A stretch of 62,977 nt of DNA, counting the filler, from Dehalococcoidia bacterium (lineage in GTDB: Bacteria > Chloroflexota > Dehalococcoidia > DSTF01 > JACRBR01): the NCBI GenBank assembly GCA_041494685.1. It is 5 parts of 4 records of this genome, joined end to end, with 100 filler letters (N's around TTAATTAATTAA, not from the genome) between each part and the next. Parts side by side here need not be neighbours in the genome. Positions count along the whole stretch, not along the records: positions 1 to 12,536 come from JBGQBE010000003.1; 4 more parts are not named here. One strand, 5' to 3'. Made by a program: the position numbers and the translations under genes. The notes below the pieces were generated by a model. It was given only the letters and a program-made list of their open reading frames with translations, was not told where the DNA came from and made no database searches. This document shows, piece after piece, positions 1-9,266 of this stretch. Each line of letters begins with the position of its first letter. Position 1 is the first letter of the stretch.

Positions 1-357
1 CTCCGCCGGATCGCCGTCCGCGTCGGAGACGTTCTTCCAGTTCACGACGTAGCGGCCTTGCGGCAGACCGGGCTGCAGGGGCACCGACATCGTCGCGCGG
101 TCGGTGTTATCGAGCACGGCGGGGCCCGAGGCGACGGACTGGCCGCGGTCGCGGTTCACCTGGATGTCGTACGTGCCCGCGACCTTCTGGATGTCCTGCG
201 TGAACGTGATCGAGACCCGGTCGGGAGAGGCCGCGACGACCTCTCCCTTGCCCGGGATCGAACTCTTGTAGTGCGCATGAGCCAGCGCCGTCGTGGCGAG
301 CACGGCCATCAGCAGGAGGGCCGCGACCGTGGCTCCACCGATGCGTATCTTCCGCAT
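1..357 (-). CDS. copC: CopC-family copper-binding protein (3' end runs off window)
   Basis: Not in ORF track; manual translation MRKIRIGGATVAALLLMAVLATTALA|HAHYKSSIPGKGEVVAASPDRVSITFTQDI...GRYVVNWKNVSDADGDPAE; SD AAGGAG upstream; paralog of 375..1058. Confidence 0.85.
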   Translation of the reverse strand, partial: MRKIRIGGATVAALLLMAVLATTALAHAHYKSSIPGKGEVVAASPDRVSITFTQDIQKVAGTYDIQVNRDRGQSVASGPAVLDNTDRATMSVPLQPGLPQGRYVVNWKNVSDADGDPAE

Positions 358-374
358 GTGCGCTCCTTGCGTTG

Positions 375-1058
375 CTATGCCCTTCGTCGCGACATGATGC
401 CGCCGCCCAGCGCGAGTACCGCCGCCGCCAGCACGCCGCCGGCGATCCGCCACCCGTCGTGCGAGCCGCCCGCGGCGCCGCCCTCGCCGGTCTGCGGCAG
501 TGTACCGCCGGTCGCCGGCTTCGCCGCTGCCGGCGTGCCCTGCGGGGCCGGTGCGATGACGGTCGGCGCTGCCGCTGGCTGAGTCATCTCGGGCATCGGC
601 GTTGCCATCTCTTCCTGCCCGATGGTTTCCAGCTGCTTGTCGGCGGCCAGGTCGGCGGCCGTCGGCTGTGTGCCGATGTAGAACGAGAACGCGCCGGTCG
701 CGGCGTCGCCGTCGACCGACGACACGTTGTGCCACTGCACTTCGTAGCGGCCGTCCGCCAGCCCCGACTTCAGCGAGACCGCCAGCTTCGTGGCGTCGCT
801 TGCGTCCGGCTTCGGAGCGGAAGCCTCGGCCGATACCCCGTCCTTGTCGACGACCGTCATGCCGTAACTGCTGGCCGTGTTCTGGATCTCTTCGGCGAAG
901 GTGATGACCACCGAGGCCGGCGCCGTGCTCAACACGGCGCTCTTCGCCGGTGTGGAGCTGATGTAGTGCGCGTGTGCGGACGCGCTTCCGACGACTGCCA
1001 TCGCAGCCAGTGTCGCGGACATGGCCGCCGCGACCAACGTCCCTGTGAGTGTCTTCAT
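375..1058 (-). CDS. copC: CopC-family protein with C-terminal LPXTG-type sorting signal
   Basis: Signal peptide, HAHYISSTPA...ITFAEEI...GRYEVQWHNVSSVDGD CopC pattern; Pro/Ala linker; LPQTG + hydrophobic helix + RRR tail. Confidence 0.85.
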   Translation of the reverse strand: MKTLTGTLVAAAMSATLAAMAVVGSASAHAHYISSTPAKSAVLSTAPASVVITFAEEIQNTASSYGMTVVDKDGVSAEASAPKPDASDATKLAVSLKSGLADGRYEVQWHNVSSVDGDAATGAFSFYIGTQPTAADLAADKQLETIGQEEMATPMPEMTQPAAAPTVIAPAPQGTPAAAKPATGGTLPQTGEGGAAGGSHDGWRIAGGVLAAAVLALGGGIMSRRRA

Positions 1059-1081
1059 GAGTATGACTCCTGTCCAGTTTC

Positions 1082-1633
1082 CTAATGGGCCGCGGTCGAA
1101 CCCGCGGAGGGTGTTGTCGAACTGGCGGGCGCGGCCGTGGGAGCGGGGCCGCCGGCGTCCGCCGGCAGGTCCTTCGCCACGGCGTTGCCGACGCCCGTGC
1201 CGAACATGTGCCAGTCCTCGTGCAGCGTGGTCGACAATGCCTTCGTCTCGTCCGCCGTCTTGCCCGCGTTCAACGCCTGCAGCAGCGCCACCGCGTCGTC
1301 GTGGAACTTCGTGGTAGACGGCTTCACGTCATCGGTCCAGCCCGTGAGCGCGAGCACGCGGATCGCCGTGCGCAGCGTCGGCACGTACTTGCCGTCAATC
1401 TTGCCGCCCTGCAACGCGGTGTCCAGGTCGTGCAGCGGCAGGCTCGAGATCGTGACCCAGGCGTTCAGCATCTCGTCACGCTGCACACGAAGCGTAAGCG
1501 CGTCAAGACTCGCCTGCGTCGTCGGGTCGGTCTTCGCGTCGCTGCTGCTGCTCCCGCACGCCGCGGCGGCGATGGCGGCTGCCGCGACCGAGAGCGCGGC
1601 GAGCAGCAGCACACCTCGCTTGAGGTACGTCAT
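1082..1633 (-). CDS. His-rich predicted lipoprotein, unknown function, in copper operon
   Basis: Lipobox-like AAACG after hydrophobic stretch; helical body with LHDLD, FHDDA, LHEDWH; SD GGAGGA. Confidence 0.7.
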   Translation of the reverse strand: MTYLKRGVLLLAALSVAAAAIAAAACGSSSSDAKTDPTTQASLDALTLRVQRDEMLNAWVTISSLPLHDLDTALQGGKIDGKYVPTLRTAIRVLALTGWTDDVKPSTTKFHDDAVALLQALNAGKTADETKALSTTLHEDWHMFGTGVGNAVAKDLPADAGGPAPTAAPASSTTPSAGSTAAH

Positions 1634-1664
1634 GGACTTCCTCCGGTCAAACAGATCGAAAGGG

Positions 1665-2138
1665 TCAGGCGGCGGCGAGCGCCATGGGCGGCCGTGGCTC
1701 GGGCCGGCGCGTGATGCCGCGCAGCACCGGTTCGGCTACGACGACGAGGAGCGCCAGCATGGCGGGCGCCAGGATCAGCGGGTCGCTCAGCAGCAGTTGG
1801 CCCGGACCCGAGGTCATGGGGACGTCGCTGCAGTTGCCGGGCGAGACGTGGCAGTGCGCTACGTGCACGGAGTCCTCGGCGGCGGCATGGGCATCGGGGA
1901 GGAACAGGTGGTCGTAGGGGAGCACGGCGGGCAGCACGGCGAGGAAGACCAGTATCGAGAGCGTCGCCCTCGCGACGGTCCGCCGCGTGCGCTTGTGCCG
2001 CAGTGCCTCGTCCGGCCGCCAGATGGCGGCCATCGTGACGGCGAATGCGACGACGGCGGCGAGCGTGACGCGCGCGTCCAGCACCGGCGTCTGCGCGGCG
2101 CTCCGCGCCACGTGCAGCAAGGGGAGTGTTCCGGGCAT
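1665..2138 (-). CDS. Membrane protein with His/Cys cluster and C-terminal PEPRPP motif (putative CutF/CruR-like leader)
   Basis: TACACT -10 and GGAGG SD before ATG 2138; two hydrophobic segments; DH..H..HVAHCHVSPGNC; RRPEPRPP 6 codons before stop. Confidence 0.6.
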   Translation of the reverse strand: MPGTLPLLHVARSAAQTPVLDARVTLAAVVAFAVTMAAIWRPDEALRHKRTRRTVARATLSILVFLAVLPAVLPYDHLFLPDAHAAAEDSVHVAHCHVSPGNCSDVPMTSGPGQLLLSDPLILAPAMLALLVVVAEPVLRGITRRPEPRPPMALAAA

Positions 2139-2282
2139 ACGAGCCTCGTGCCTCCGGCCGGAGTGTACCAAGCACCCGGTGGGGGCCGCCCGGCCAATCG
2201 GCCCGTATTGCAGCCGCCCGCGGTCGAACGTAGAATGCGTCCAACCCCCGAGAGGGTGTGCCCCATAGCCAGGAGGCGCTCA

Positions 2283-2717
2283 ATGCCGCACGAAGAAGCT
2301 CTGCGTACCGTACAGCTGTTCTCGCAGCTCACCAGCAAGGACATCACGCGACTCGGCCGCGCCGTCGTGGAGCGCTCGTACAAGAAGGGTGAGACGATCG
2401 TGAAAGAAGGCGAGCAGGCCGTCGCCTTCTTCATCGTGATCGAAGGCAAAGTCGAGGTATCGCAATCGTCAGGCTCGAAGAAGGCCCAGGTGCTCAACAC
2501 GCTCGGCCCGAACGCGACGTTCGGCGAGATGGCGCTTCTGGATGGCGGCCCGCGCGCGGCCACGGTGAAGGCGTTGGAGGACACGAAGTGCCTGGTGCTC
2601 TCGCGCTGGGACTTCGTGGCGGAGTTGCAGACGAACCCGCACATGGCGGTGGCAATGCTGCCGATCCTGAGCCGGCGTCTCCGCGAGGTAGAGGCGAAGC
2701 TCGCCGCGACGCACTAA
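2283..2717 (+). CDS. Stand-alone cyclic nucleotide-binding domain protein
   Basis: FGEMALLDGGPRAATVKA phosphate-binding cassette; AGGAGG SD; no C-terminal HTH. Confidence 0.9.
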   Translation: MPHEEALRTVQLFSQLTSKDITRLGRAVVERSYKKGETIVKEGEQAVAFFIVIEGKVEVSQSSGSKKAQVLNTLGPNATFGEMALLDGGPRAATVKALEDTKCLVLSRWDFVAELQTNPHMAVAMLPILSRRLREVEAKLAATH

Positions 2718-2776
2718 GCGGGCGAACCGAACTCGGTGAACACGGACGGCGGGCGCGCAAGCGTCCGCCGTCTGCG

Positions 2777-3217
2777 TCAGTGGGAGACGGTCTCGCCGCC
2801 GCGGCCGCGCGGCCCCGGCGTCTTCCACCCGCCGAGCCCCACGGCGCCAGGACGCGCAAGGTTGTCGAGGATGCGTGCGATGACGGAGGGACGCTCCTTC
2901 TCCGTGAAGGTGTGCTCCAGCCCCCAATTCACGATCGCCTCGATGACCGGCGCCAGAGAGAGGCCCTTCTCCGTGAGCAGGTACTCCGCGCGGAGCGGGT
3001 GCGACCCGTAGAGCTGGCGCCGGACGAAGCCTTCCGCCTCGAGCATCTTCAGCCGGTCGGAGAGGATCTTGGTGGGCATGCCGGGCGAGCGCTCGCGCAG
3101 CTCGGTGAACTTCGTGCGGCCCGTGTAGAGCTCGCGCAAGATGATCAGCGTCCAGCGCTCGCCGATAAGGTCCATCGTGCGCGCGATGGGGCATGGCTGG
3201 TTGTAGCTTCGGTTCAT
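2777..3217 (-). CDS. HxlR-family winged-helix transcriptional regulator
   Basis: CPIARTMDLIGERWTLIILREL...KILSDRLKMLE...EYLLTEKG. Confidence 0.9.
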   Translation of the reverse strand: MNRSYNQPCPIARTMDLIGERWTLIILRELYTGRTKFTELRERSPGMPTKILSDRLKMLEAEGFVRRQLYGSHPLRAEYLLTEKGLSLAPVIEAIVNWGLEHTFTEKERPSVIARILDNLARPGAVGLGGWKTPGPRGRGGETVSH

Positions 3218-3339
3218 GGCAACTCGCTCCCTGACACGGGGTCCAACCGCAGGCTACCACGCACTTGACCGAAATTGGGGCATCACTTTAGAATCTGAAC
3301 TCACGGGCTGCTCACAGTCGCCGGCGAACGGGACTCCGT

Positions 3340-3822
3340 ATGGCTCACTCACCTGCCGCGCCACTCCACGACGCGATCCTCCTGCCGGCGCAGGAGATCG
3401 CCGACATCGTCCGCGCCATGAGCGGGGCCGATGCCTCCCGCCGTCCCGAACCTGGCACGTGGAGCGCGAGGGAGATCATCTCGCACCTCTGTCAGACTGA
3501 CAACGAGAGCTTCCTCGACGGCATCGGGCGCTTCGTGCTCGAGGACACGCCGGAGATCGAGGTGACGCCCGGCGTCACCCACTACACGCCGGAACGGCAC
3601 ACGATAGCGCTGGACGACCTCGTCGACGGGTTCCTGCGCCAGTACGAGCGCATCGCCGACTACGTGGCGCGCCTGGGCGACGAGCAGTTCGTGCGGCGCG
3701 CGCACATCGCGCACTTCAAGGACACGCCGCTCGGCGAATACCCCACGCTCGCGGATTGGGTACGTAGGATCAGTGAGTCACACCTGCAGGGGCACCTCGC
3801 CGAGTTGCGCGCGCGCCCGTAG
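3340..3822 (+). CDS. DinB-family protein
   Basis: WSAREIISHL and C-terminal HLQGH metal-ligand pattern. Confidence 0.8.
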   Translation: MAHSPAAPLHDAILLPAQEIADIVRAMSGADASRRPEPGTWSAREIISHLCQTDNESFLDGIGRFVLEDTPEIEVTPGVTHYTPERHTIALDDLVDGFLRQYERIADYVARLGDEQFVRRAHIAHFKDTPLGEYPTLADWVRRISESHLQGHLAELRARP

Positions 3823-3906
3823 CGTGGCCAGCAGGTTCGTCCGCCCCGCCCAAAGAGCAGTGAGAGCGTGCCTCAGACGGGGCACCATGCATGGAAGGAG
3901 CAAGAC

Positions 3907-4257
3907 ATGGCAGACAAACTCGTCCACTTCGAGATCCACGGCAAGGACGGCAAGCAGATCCAGCGCTTCTATTCGAGCTTGTTCGGCTGGGGCGTCAACA
4001 CGGACAACCCGATGAACTATGGAATGGTCACGGACGCTGGTATGGGCGGCGGTATTACGGGCTCCGACATGGCGCCGGCGGTCGTGCTCTACGTCGAGGT
4101 GCCGGACCTGCCTGCGGCGCTGAAGAAGGCTGAGGCGCTGGGCGCCACGACGATCATGCAGCCCATGCAAGTGCCGGGCGGGCCGGAGCTGGCCCAGTTC
4201 CGTGACCCGGCGGGCAACGTCTTCGGCCTCGTCCGCGCGGGCAGCATGGGCGCGTAG
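3907..4257 (+). CDS. VOC/glyoxalase-family protein
   Basis: LVHFEI...FYSSLFGW...FRDPAGNVFGL; AAGGAG SD. Confidence 0.9.
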   Translation: MADKLVHFEIHGKDGKQIQRFYSSLFGWGVNTDNPMNYGMVTDAGMGGGITGSDMAPAVVLYVEVPDLPAALKKAEALGATTIMQPMQVPGGPELAQFRDPAGNVFGLVRAGSMGA

Positions 4258-4330
4258 GTAGCGCACCCGCGAGTCGCCCGCAGCGCGTAGGCTGTGCGTA
4301 CTGAGTTCGTGGTTAGCGGAGGAGAGCGTG

Positions 4331-4684
4331 ATGGCGGAGGATTGGGCGCGGCCCGTCGTGGCCTGGCAGTTGCAGGCGCGGGATCCGGAGGCGATGAAGG
4401 CGTTCTACGCGCAGATGTTCAACTGGCAGGTCGGCGACGGCCCGATCATGCTGGTACCGGCGGGTATCGGCGGGCCCGAGCCGGGACCGATCGGCATCAT
4501 CACGAAGAGCGACACGTCGCGCGTGGTGCTGAACGTGCAGGTGCTCGACCTGGCGGCCGCGATCGAGAAGGCGAAGACCCTCGGCGGCTCGATGATCGCG
4601 GCGCCGTACGACGTGCCGAACGGACCGACGATCGCGTCGATCGCCGACCCCGAGGGGAACGTGCTTGGGCTAGTCCAGCAGTAG
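4331..4684 (+). CDS. VOC/glyoxalase-family protein
   Basis: FYAQMFNW...IADPEGNVLGL; tandem with previous VOC gene. Confidence 0.85.
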   Translation: MAEDWARPVVAWQLQARDPEAMKAFYAQMFNWQVGDGPIMLVPAGIGGPEPGPIGIITKSDTSRVVLNVQVLDLAAAIEKAKTLGGSMIAAPYDVPNGPTIASIADPEGNVLGLVQQ

Positions 4685-4687
4685 CGG

Positions 4688-5899
4688 CTACAGCACCAGC
4701 AGGAGCGGCGCTTCGAGCAGGCGCTTGATCTCGCCCAGAAACTGCGCGCCCTGCGCGCCGTCCGTGATCCGGTGGTCGGCGGAGAGCGCCACTTTCATCA
4801 CGTCCCGCACGACGACGGCGCCGTCGCGCGCGGCGGGCTGCGGCAGGACGCTGCCGGTGCCGAGGATCGCGGTCTGCGGCGGCTGGATGATGCCGATCAG
4901 CGTCTCGACGCCGTACGCGCCCAGGTTCGTGATCGTGAAGGTACCGGCGGTGATCTCGTCGGGCCGCAGCGAGCCGCCCTTCGCGCGCGCGACGAGGTCC
5001 GTCGACGCGCGGGCGATCTCGGCCAGCGTCTTCCGGCCCGCGTCCAGCAGGGCCGGCGCGATCAGCCCGTCGTCGAGCGCGATGGCGATGCAGACGTGCT
5101 GGGCGTCGCGCCGCACGGCCTGATCTCCATCGAAGGTGACGTTGAACGCGGGGTGGCGCTGCAGCGCCAGCGCGCACGCGCGCACGATGAGGTCGTTGAC
5201 GCTGATGCGTTCCTCCGCGGGCAGCGCGGCGTTCGCCTGCTTGCGGAACGCCATCGACTCCGTCATGTCGATATCGACGAGCAGATAGTAGTGGGGCGCC
5301 TCGCGCTTGCTCTGCGCCATGCGCCGCGCGATCGCCTGCCGCATCTTCGACCCGCCGAGCGGTTGCGGCGTACTCCCGGCCGCTGCGGCGCGCGCGGGTG
5401 CAGTGGCGGCCGCCTCGACGTCGCGCTTGATGATCCGGCCGTCGGGGCCGCTGCCGCGCAGGCCGCGCAGGTCGACGCCGCGCTCCTCGGCGATGTGGCG
5501 GGCGACGGGCGATACGCGCAGCCGGCCGTTCTCGCGCGGCGGCGCCGCGACGGCCGGTGCTGCGGGCGCGGGCGGCGCTGCCGCGATAACTGCACTGGCC
5601 GGCGCGGGCTTCGACGCCGCCGGCGCGAGCGCGCTGCTCGTGTAGCTGGAGATGTCATCGCCGGCGTCGGCGATGATCGCGATGACGCCGCCGATCGGGA
5701 TGACGTCGCCTTCCTGCGCCAGCGTCTTGCGGAAGACGCCGCTCTCGAACGCCTCGATCTCGACGTTCGCCTTGTCGGTCTCGATCTCGGCGATGATCTC
5801 GCCGCGCTCGACGGCGTCGCCCTCATGCTTGCGCCAGGCGACGATCGTGCCCTCGACCATGTCGGCGCCCATCTGCGGCATCACGACTTCGCTGATCAT
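4688..5899 (-). CDS. pdhC: Dihydrolipoamide acetyltransferase (PDH E2)
   Basis: Lipoyl domain IETDKA, E3-binding GSGPDGRI, catalytic DHRITDG. Confidence 0.92.
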   Translation of the reverse strand: MISEVVMPQMGADMVEGTIVAWRKHEGDAVERGEIIAEIETDKANVEIEAFESGVFRKTLAQEGDVIPIGGVIAIIADAGDDISSYTSSALAPAASKPAPASAVIAAAPPAPAAPAVAAPPRENGRLRVSPVARHIAEERGVDLRGLRGSGPDGRIIKRDVEAAATAPARAAAAGSTPQPLGGSKMRQAIARRMAQSKREAPHYYLLVDIDMTESMAFRKQANAALPAEERISVNDLIVRACALALQRHPAFNVTFDGDQAVRRDAQHVCIAIALDDGLIAPALLDAGRKTLAEIARASTDLVARAKGGSLRPDEITAGTFTITNLGAYGVETLIGIIQPPQTAILGTGSVLPQPAARDGAVVVRDVMKVALSADHRITDGAQGAQFLGEIKRLLEAPLLLVL

Positions 5900-6870
5900 C
5901 AGACCATGCCTCGTACCATGCGGATGATGTCCGCCTCCTGCGGCAGAGCCGCCTGCTCGAGCGCGCCGTTGTATGGCATCGGCACGTCGGCGCCCGAGCA
6001 GCGCAGCACCGGCGCGTCGAGGTCGTCGAACGCCCATTCCTGGATGATCGCCGCGATCTCGCCGCCGAAGCCGCCGAACTCCCAGTCGTCCTCGACGACG
6101 ATGGCGCGGTTGGTCTTGCGCACGGACGCCAGGATCGCCTCGGTGTCGAGCGGGCGCAGCGTGCGCAGGTTCAGCACCTCGCACGAGATGCCTTCCAGCG
6201 CGAGTTGCTCTGCGGCGCGGGCGGCCTGGTGCAGGCTGCCGGAATAGCCGATCAAGGTGACGTCGGTACCTTCGCGGAAGATCTCCGCCTTGCCGAACGG
6301 CAGGCGGTAGGGCTCCTCAGGCACGTCGCCCTTCGACGTGTAGAGCGCGGTGTGCTCGATGAAGATGACGGGGTTCTGGTCGTCGAACGCCGTCATCAGC
6401 AGTCCCTTGGCGTCGTACGGCGTCGCCGGCACGACGACCTTTAGCCCCGGCACATGCGCGTACCACGACTCCAGGCTCTGCGAGTGCTGCGCGCCGAGCT
6501 GGCTGCCCGCGCCGCCCGCCATGCGGATCACGATCGGCACGTTGATCTGCCCGTTCGACATGTAGTAGAGCTTCGAGGCGTTGTTCACGATCTGGTCGAT
6601 GGCGAGCAGGCTGAAGTTGATCGTCATCAACTCGACCATCGGCTTCAGCCCGGCCATCGCCGCGCCGATGCCCGCGCCCACGACGACCGACTCCGAGATC
6701 GGTGTGTCCTTGACGCGCCGCTCGCCGAACTCCTCCAGGAAGCCCTTGGTGACGGCGTAGGAGCCGCCGTAGGCGCCGATGTCCTCGCCCATGAGGAACA
6801 CGCGCTCGTCGTGCTGCAGCTGGTAGCGCAGCGCCTGCCGCAGTGCCTGGCGATACGTGATCTCAGGCAT
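5899..6870 (-). CDS. pdhB: Pyruvate dehydrogenase E1 beta subunit
   Basis: GEDIGAYGG, DTPISE, GAQHSQ motifs. Confidence 0.93.
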   Translation of the reverse strand: MPEITYRQALRQALRYQLQHDERVFLMGEDIGAYGGSYAVTKGFLEEFGERRVKDTPISESVVVGAGIGAAMAGLKPMVELMTINFSLLAIDQIVNNASKLYYMSNGQINVPIVIRMAGGAGSQLGAQHSQSLESWYAHVPGLKVVVPATPYDAKGLLMTAFDDQNPVIFIEHTALYTSKGDVPEEPYRLPFGKAEIFREGTDVTLIGYSGSLHQAARAAEQLALEGISCEVLNLRTLRPLDTEAILASVRKTNRAIVVEDDWEFGGFGGEIAAIIQEWAFDDLDAPVLRCSGADVPMPYNGALEQAALPQEADIIRMVRGMV

Positions 6871-7873
6871 CGGCGGCTTCCTTGTAGACGAAGCGGTGCA
6901 GGCTCTCGATCGGCGGCGCCGGGCTCTCCTCGGCGAACTGCGCCGCGTCGCGCGCGATCTCGTCCACTTCCGCCTGCAACGCGGCGATCCGCGCGGCGTC
7001 GATGACGCCGTCCGCGGTCAGGGCGTGCTGGAGCTGCTTGATCGGGTCGAGCGTGCGCCAGCGCTCCACCTCATCCTTCGAGCGGTAGAACTCCGCGTCG
7101 GCCATCGAGTGGCCGCGGAAGCGGTAGCAGAGCGCCTCCAGGAACACGGGACCGTCGCCCGCGCGCGCGCGCTTCGAGAGGCGCGCCACCGCGTCGCGCA
7201 CGGCGACGACGTTCATGCCATCGACCTGCTCGGCGTGGATGCCGTAGGCCTGGGCGCGTTTGTAGATCTCCTCCACGGCGGAGACCCGGCGGATCGCCGT
7301 GCCCATGCCGTAGAGGTTGTTCTCGACGATGAACACCACCGGCAGCTTCCAGACGGCCGCAAGGTTCAGCGCCTCGTGGAACTCGCCCTCGTTCACGGCG
7401 CCGTCGCCGAAGAAGTTGACGGCGACGCGGTCGCTGCCCTTGTACTGCTCGGCGAGCGCGAGTCCGCACGCGAGCGGCATGTGGCCCGCGACGATGGCGT
7501 AGCCGCCCATGAACGACTTCTCGCGGTCGAACAGATGCATCGATCCGCCGCGGCCGCCGCTCACGCCGGTCGCGCGTCCGTAGAGCTCCGCCATGATGCG
7601 ACGCGGCTCCAGGCCGCGCGCCAGCGCGTGGCCGTGCTCGCGGTAGTGGCTGACGATGTAGTCGTCCGGCCGCAGCGCCGCGATCGCGCCGGTGGCGACG
7701 GCCTCCTGGCCGATGTAGAGGTGCAGGAATCCCTTGATGCGCCCTTTGGCGTACATCTCCGCGCACTTCTCTTCGAAGCGGCGGATCAGCATCATCGTGC
7801 GCAGCAGGGCCACGCGGTCGGGCGGACCGTCGCTTGCGCCGCGGGGCGCGTCGTGCTGGGTGATGCTTGTCAT
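6863..7873 (-). CDS. pdhA: Pyruvate dehydrogenase E1 alpha subunit
   Basis: GFLHLYIGQEA, GDGA...ENN TPP motif, YRFRGHSMAD. Confidence 0.93.
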   Translation of the reverse strand: MTSITQHDAPRGASDGPPDRVALLRTMMLIRRFEEKCAEMYAKGRIKGFLHLYIGQEAVATGAIAALRPDDYIVSHYREHGHALARGLEPRRIMAELYGRATGVSGGRGGSMHLFDREKSFMGGYAIVAGHMPLACGLALAEQYKGSDRVAVNFFGDGAVNEGEFHEALNLAAVWKLPVVFIVENNLYGMGTAIRRVSAVEEIYKRAQAYGIHAEQVDGMNVVAVRDAVARLSKRARAGDGPVFLEALCYRFRGHSMADAEFYRSKDEVERWRTLDPIKQLQHALTADGVIDAARIAALQAEVDEIARDAAQFAEESPAPPIESLHRFVYKEAADA

Positions 7874-7874
7874 G

Positions 7875-9266
7875 TCACTCCGTCCAGAAGTGGATCGCCT
7901 CGCCACTGACGGCCAGCGCCGCTTCCTTGATCGTCTCCGCCAGCGTCGGGTGGGCCGCTACGGTCCATCCCAGTTCGCGCGGCGTCGCTTCCAGCGTCAT
8001 GCCCAGCGAAGCCTCGCCTAGCAACTCGGTGACCATCGGCCCGATCATGTGCACGCCAAGCGTTTCGCCGGTGTGCGCATCGGCGACGATCTTCACGAGA
8101 CCGTCCGTCTGGAGTATCGCCTTGGCACGCCCATTGGCACGTATCGGGAACTTGCCTACTTTCACCTCGATACCGGCGTCGCGGGCCTGTTTCTCGGTCA
8201 AACCGATGCTGGCGACCTCCGGCTGGCAGTAGGTGGCCACCGGGATGCGCGCGTAGTTGAGGTCGGGCGGCGTCAGCCCCGCGAGCCGCTCGACCAGCGT
8301 GACGCCCATGGCCGAGGCCACGTGCGCGAGGTTCTTCGTGCCGGTGACGTCGCCGATCGCGTACACGCCGGGCACGCTCGTCTGCATGCCGGCGTCGATC
8401 TTCACCCAGCCGCGCTCGATCGCCACGCCGATCGCGTCCAGTCCCAGCGCGGCGACATTCGCCTCAAAGCCGATGCTGACGAGCACCTTATCGGCTGTGA
8501 GTTGCTGCTCGGCGCCTTTCGCGGTGAACGTCACGGTGCCGCGGCCGTTTGCCGCAGCCGCGCCGGCGACCGTCGCGCCGGTGACGAACTTGATCCGCCG
8601 CTTCTTGAGCGAGCGCTCGAGCTGCGTGCTGATCTCCTCGTCTTCCAGTGGCAGCAGGTGGTCCATCGCTTCGACGATCGTGACATCGACGCCGTAGGCG
8701 CTCCAGAACGTCGCGAACTCGACGCCGATCGGCCCGCCGCCGATGATGGCCACGCTGCCCGGTTGCTCGCGCAGCTCCAGGGCGCCGCGACTGTTGATGA
8801 TCGTCTCGCCGTCCGTCTCCAGCCCGGGCAGCGCGCGCGGCCACGATCCAGTGGCGATGATCACGACGGCCGCCTCGACCGTCTCGTCGGCGCCCTGGAC
8901 GCGCAGGCGGTGCGGCGCCTCGAACGCGGCCTCGCCCGTGAGCACGCGCACCTTGTTCTTGCTCAGCAGGAACTCGACGCCCTTCACCATCTGGTCGACG
9001 ACGTCCCGGCTGCGGTCGATCGCCTTCGCCATGTCGACGCGCAGGTTGTCGAACGAGATGCCATACGCCTCGGCCTCGCGCAGCAGGCTGACGACCTCCG
9101 CGTTCCACAGCAGCGACTTGCTGGGGATGCAGCCCCAGTTCAGGCAGAGGCCGCCCACGCGGTCCTTCTCGATCAGCGCGACGTTCTTGCCCAGTTGCGC
9201 GGCACGGATGGCCGCCACGTAGCCGCCCGGGCCGCCGCCGACGATCGCGATGTCGTATTCAGCCAC
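7875..9266 (-). CDS. lpdA: Dihydrolipoyl dehydrogenase (E3)
   Basis: [17 protein letters not shown] redox disulfide, HPTLAE; GTG start overlapping lipA end. Confidence 0.95.
   Translation of the reverse strand: MAEYDIAIVGGGPGGYVAAIRAAQLGKNVALIEKDRVGGLCLNWGCIPSKSLLWNAEVVSLLREAEAYGISFDNLRVDMAKAIDRSRDVVDQMVKGVEFLLSKNKVRVLTGEAAFEAPHRLRVQGADETVEAAVVIIATGSWPRALPGLETDGETIINSRGALELREQPGSVAIIGGGPIGVEFATFWSAYGVDVTIVEAMDHLLPLEDEEISTQLERSLKKRRIKFVTGATVAGAAAANGRGTVTFTAKGAEQQLTADKVLVSIGFEANVAALGLDAIGVAIERGWVKIDAGMQTSVPGVYAIGDVTGTKNLAHVASAMGVTLVERLAGLTPPDLNYARIPVATYCQPEVASIGLTEKQARDAGIEVKVGKFPIRANGRAKAILQTDGLVKIVADAHTGETLGVHMIGPMVTELLGEASLGMTLEATPRELGWTVAAHPTLAETIKEAALAVSGEAIHFWTE

Noticed and set aside
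2245..2262. CsoR-like operator (ACCCCCGAGAGGGTGT) near the copper operon
   Set aside because: Poor match to the TACC...GGTA pattern, lies in the 5' region of the divergent cNMP gene, and no csoR is in the window
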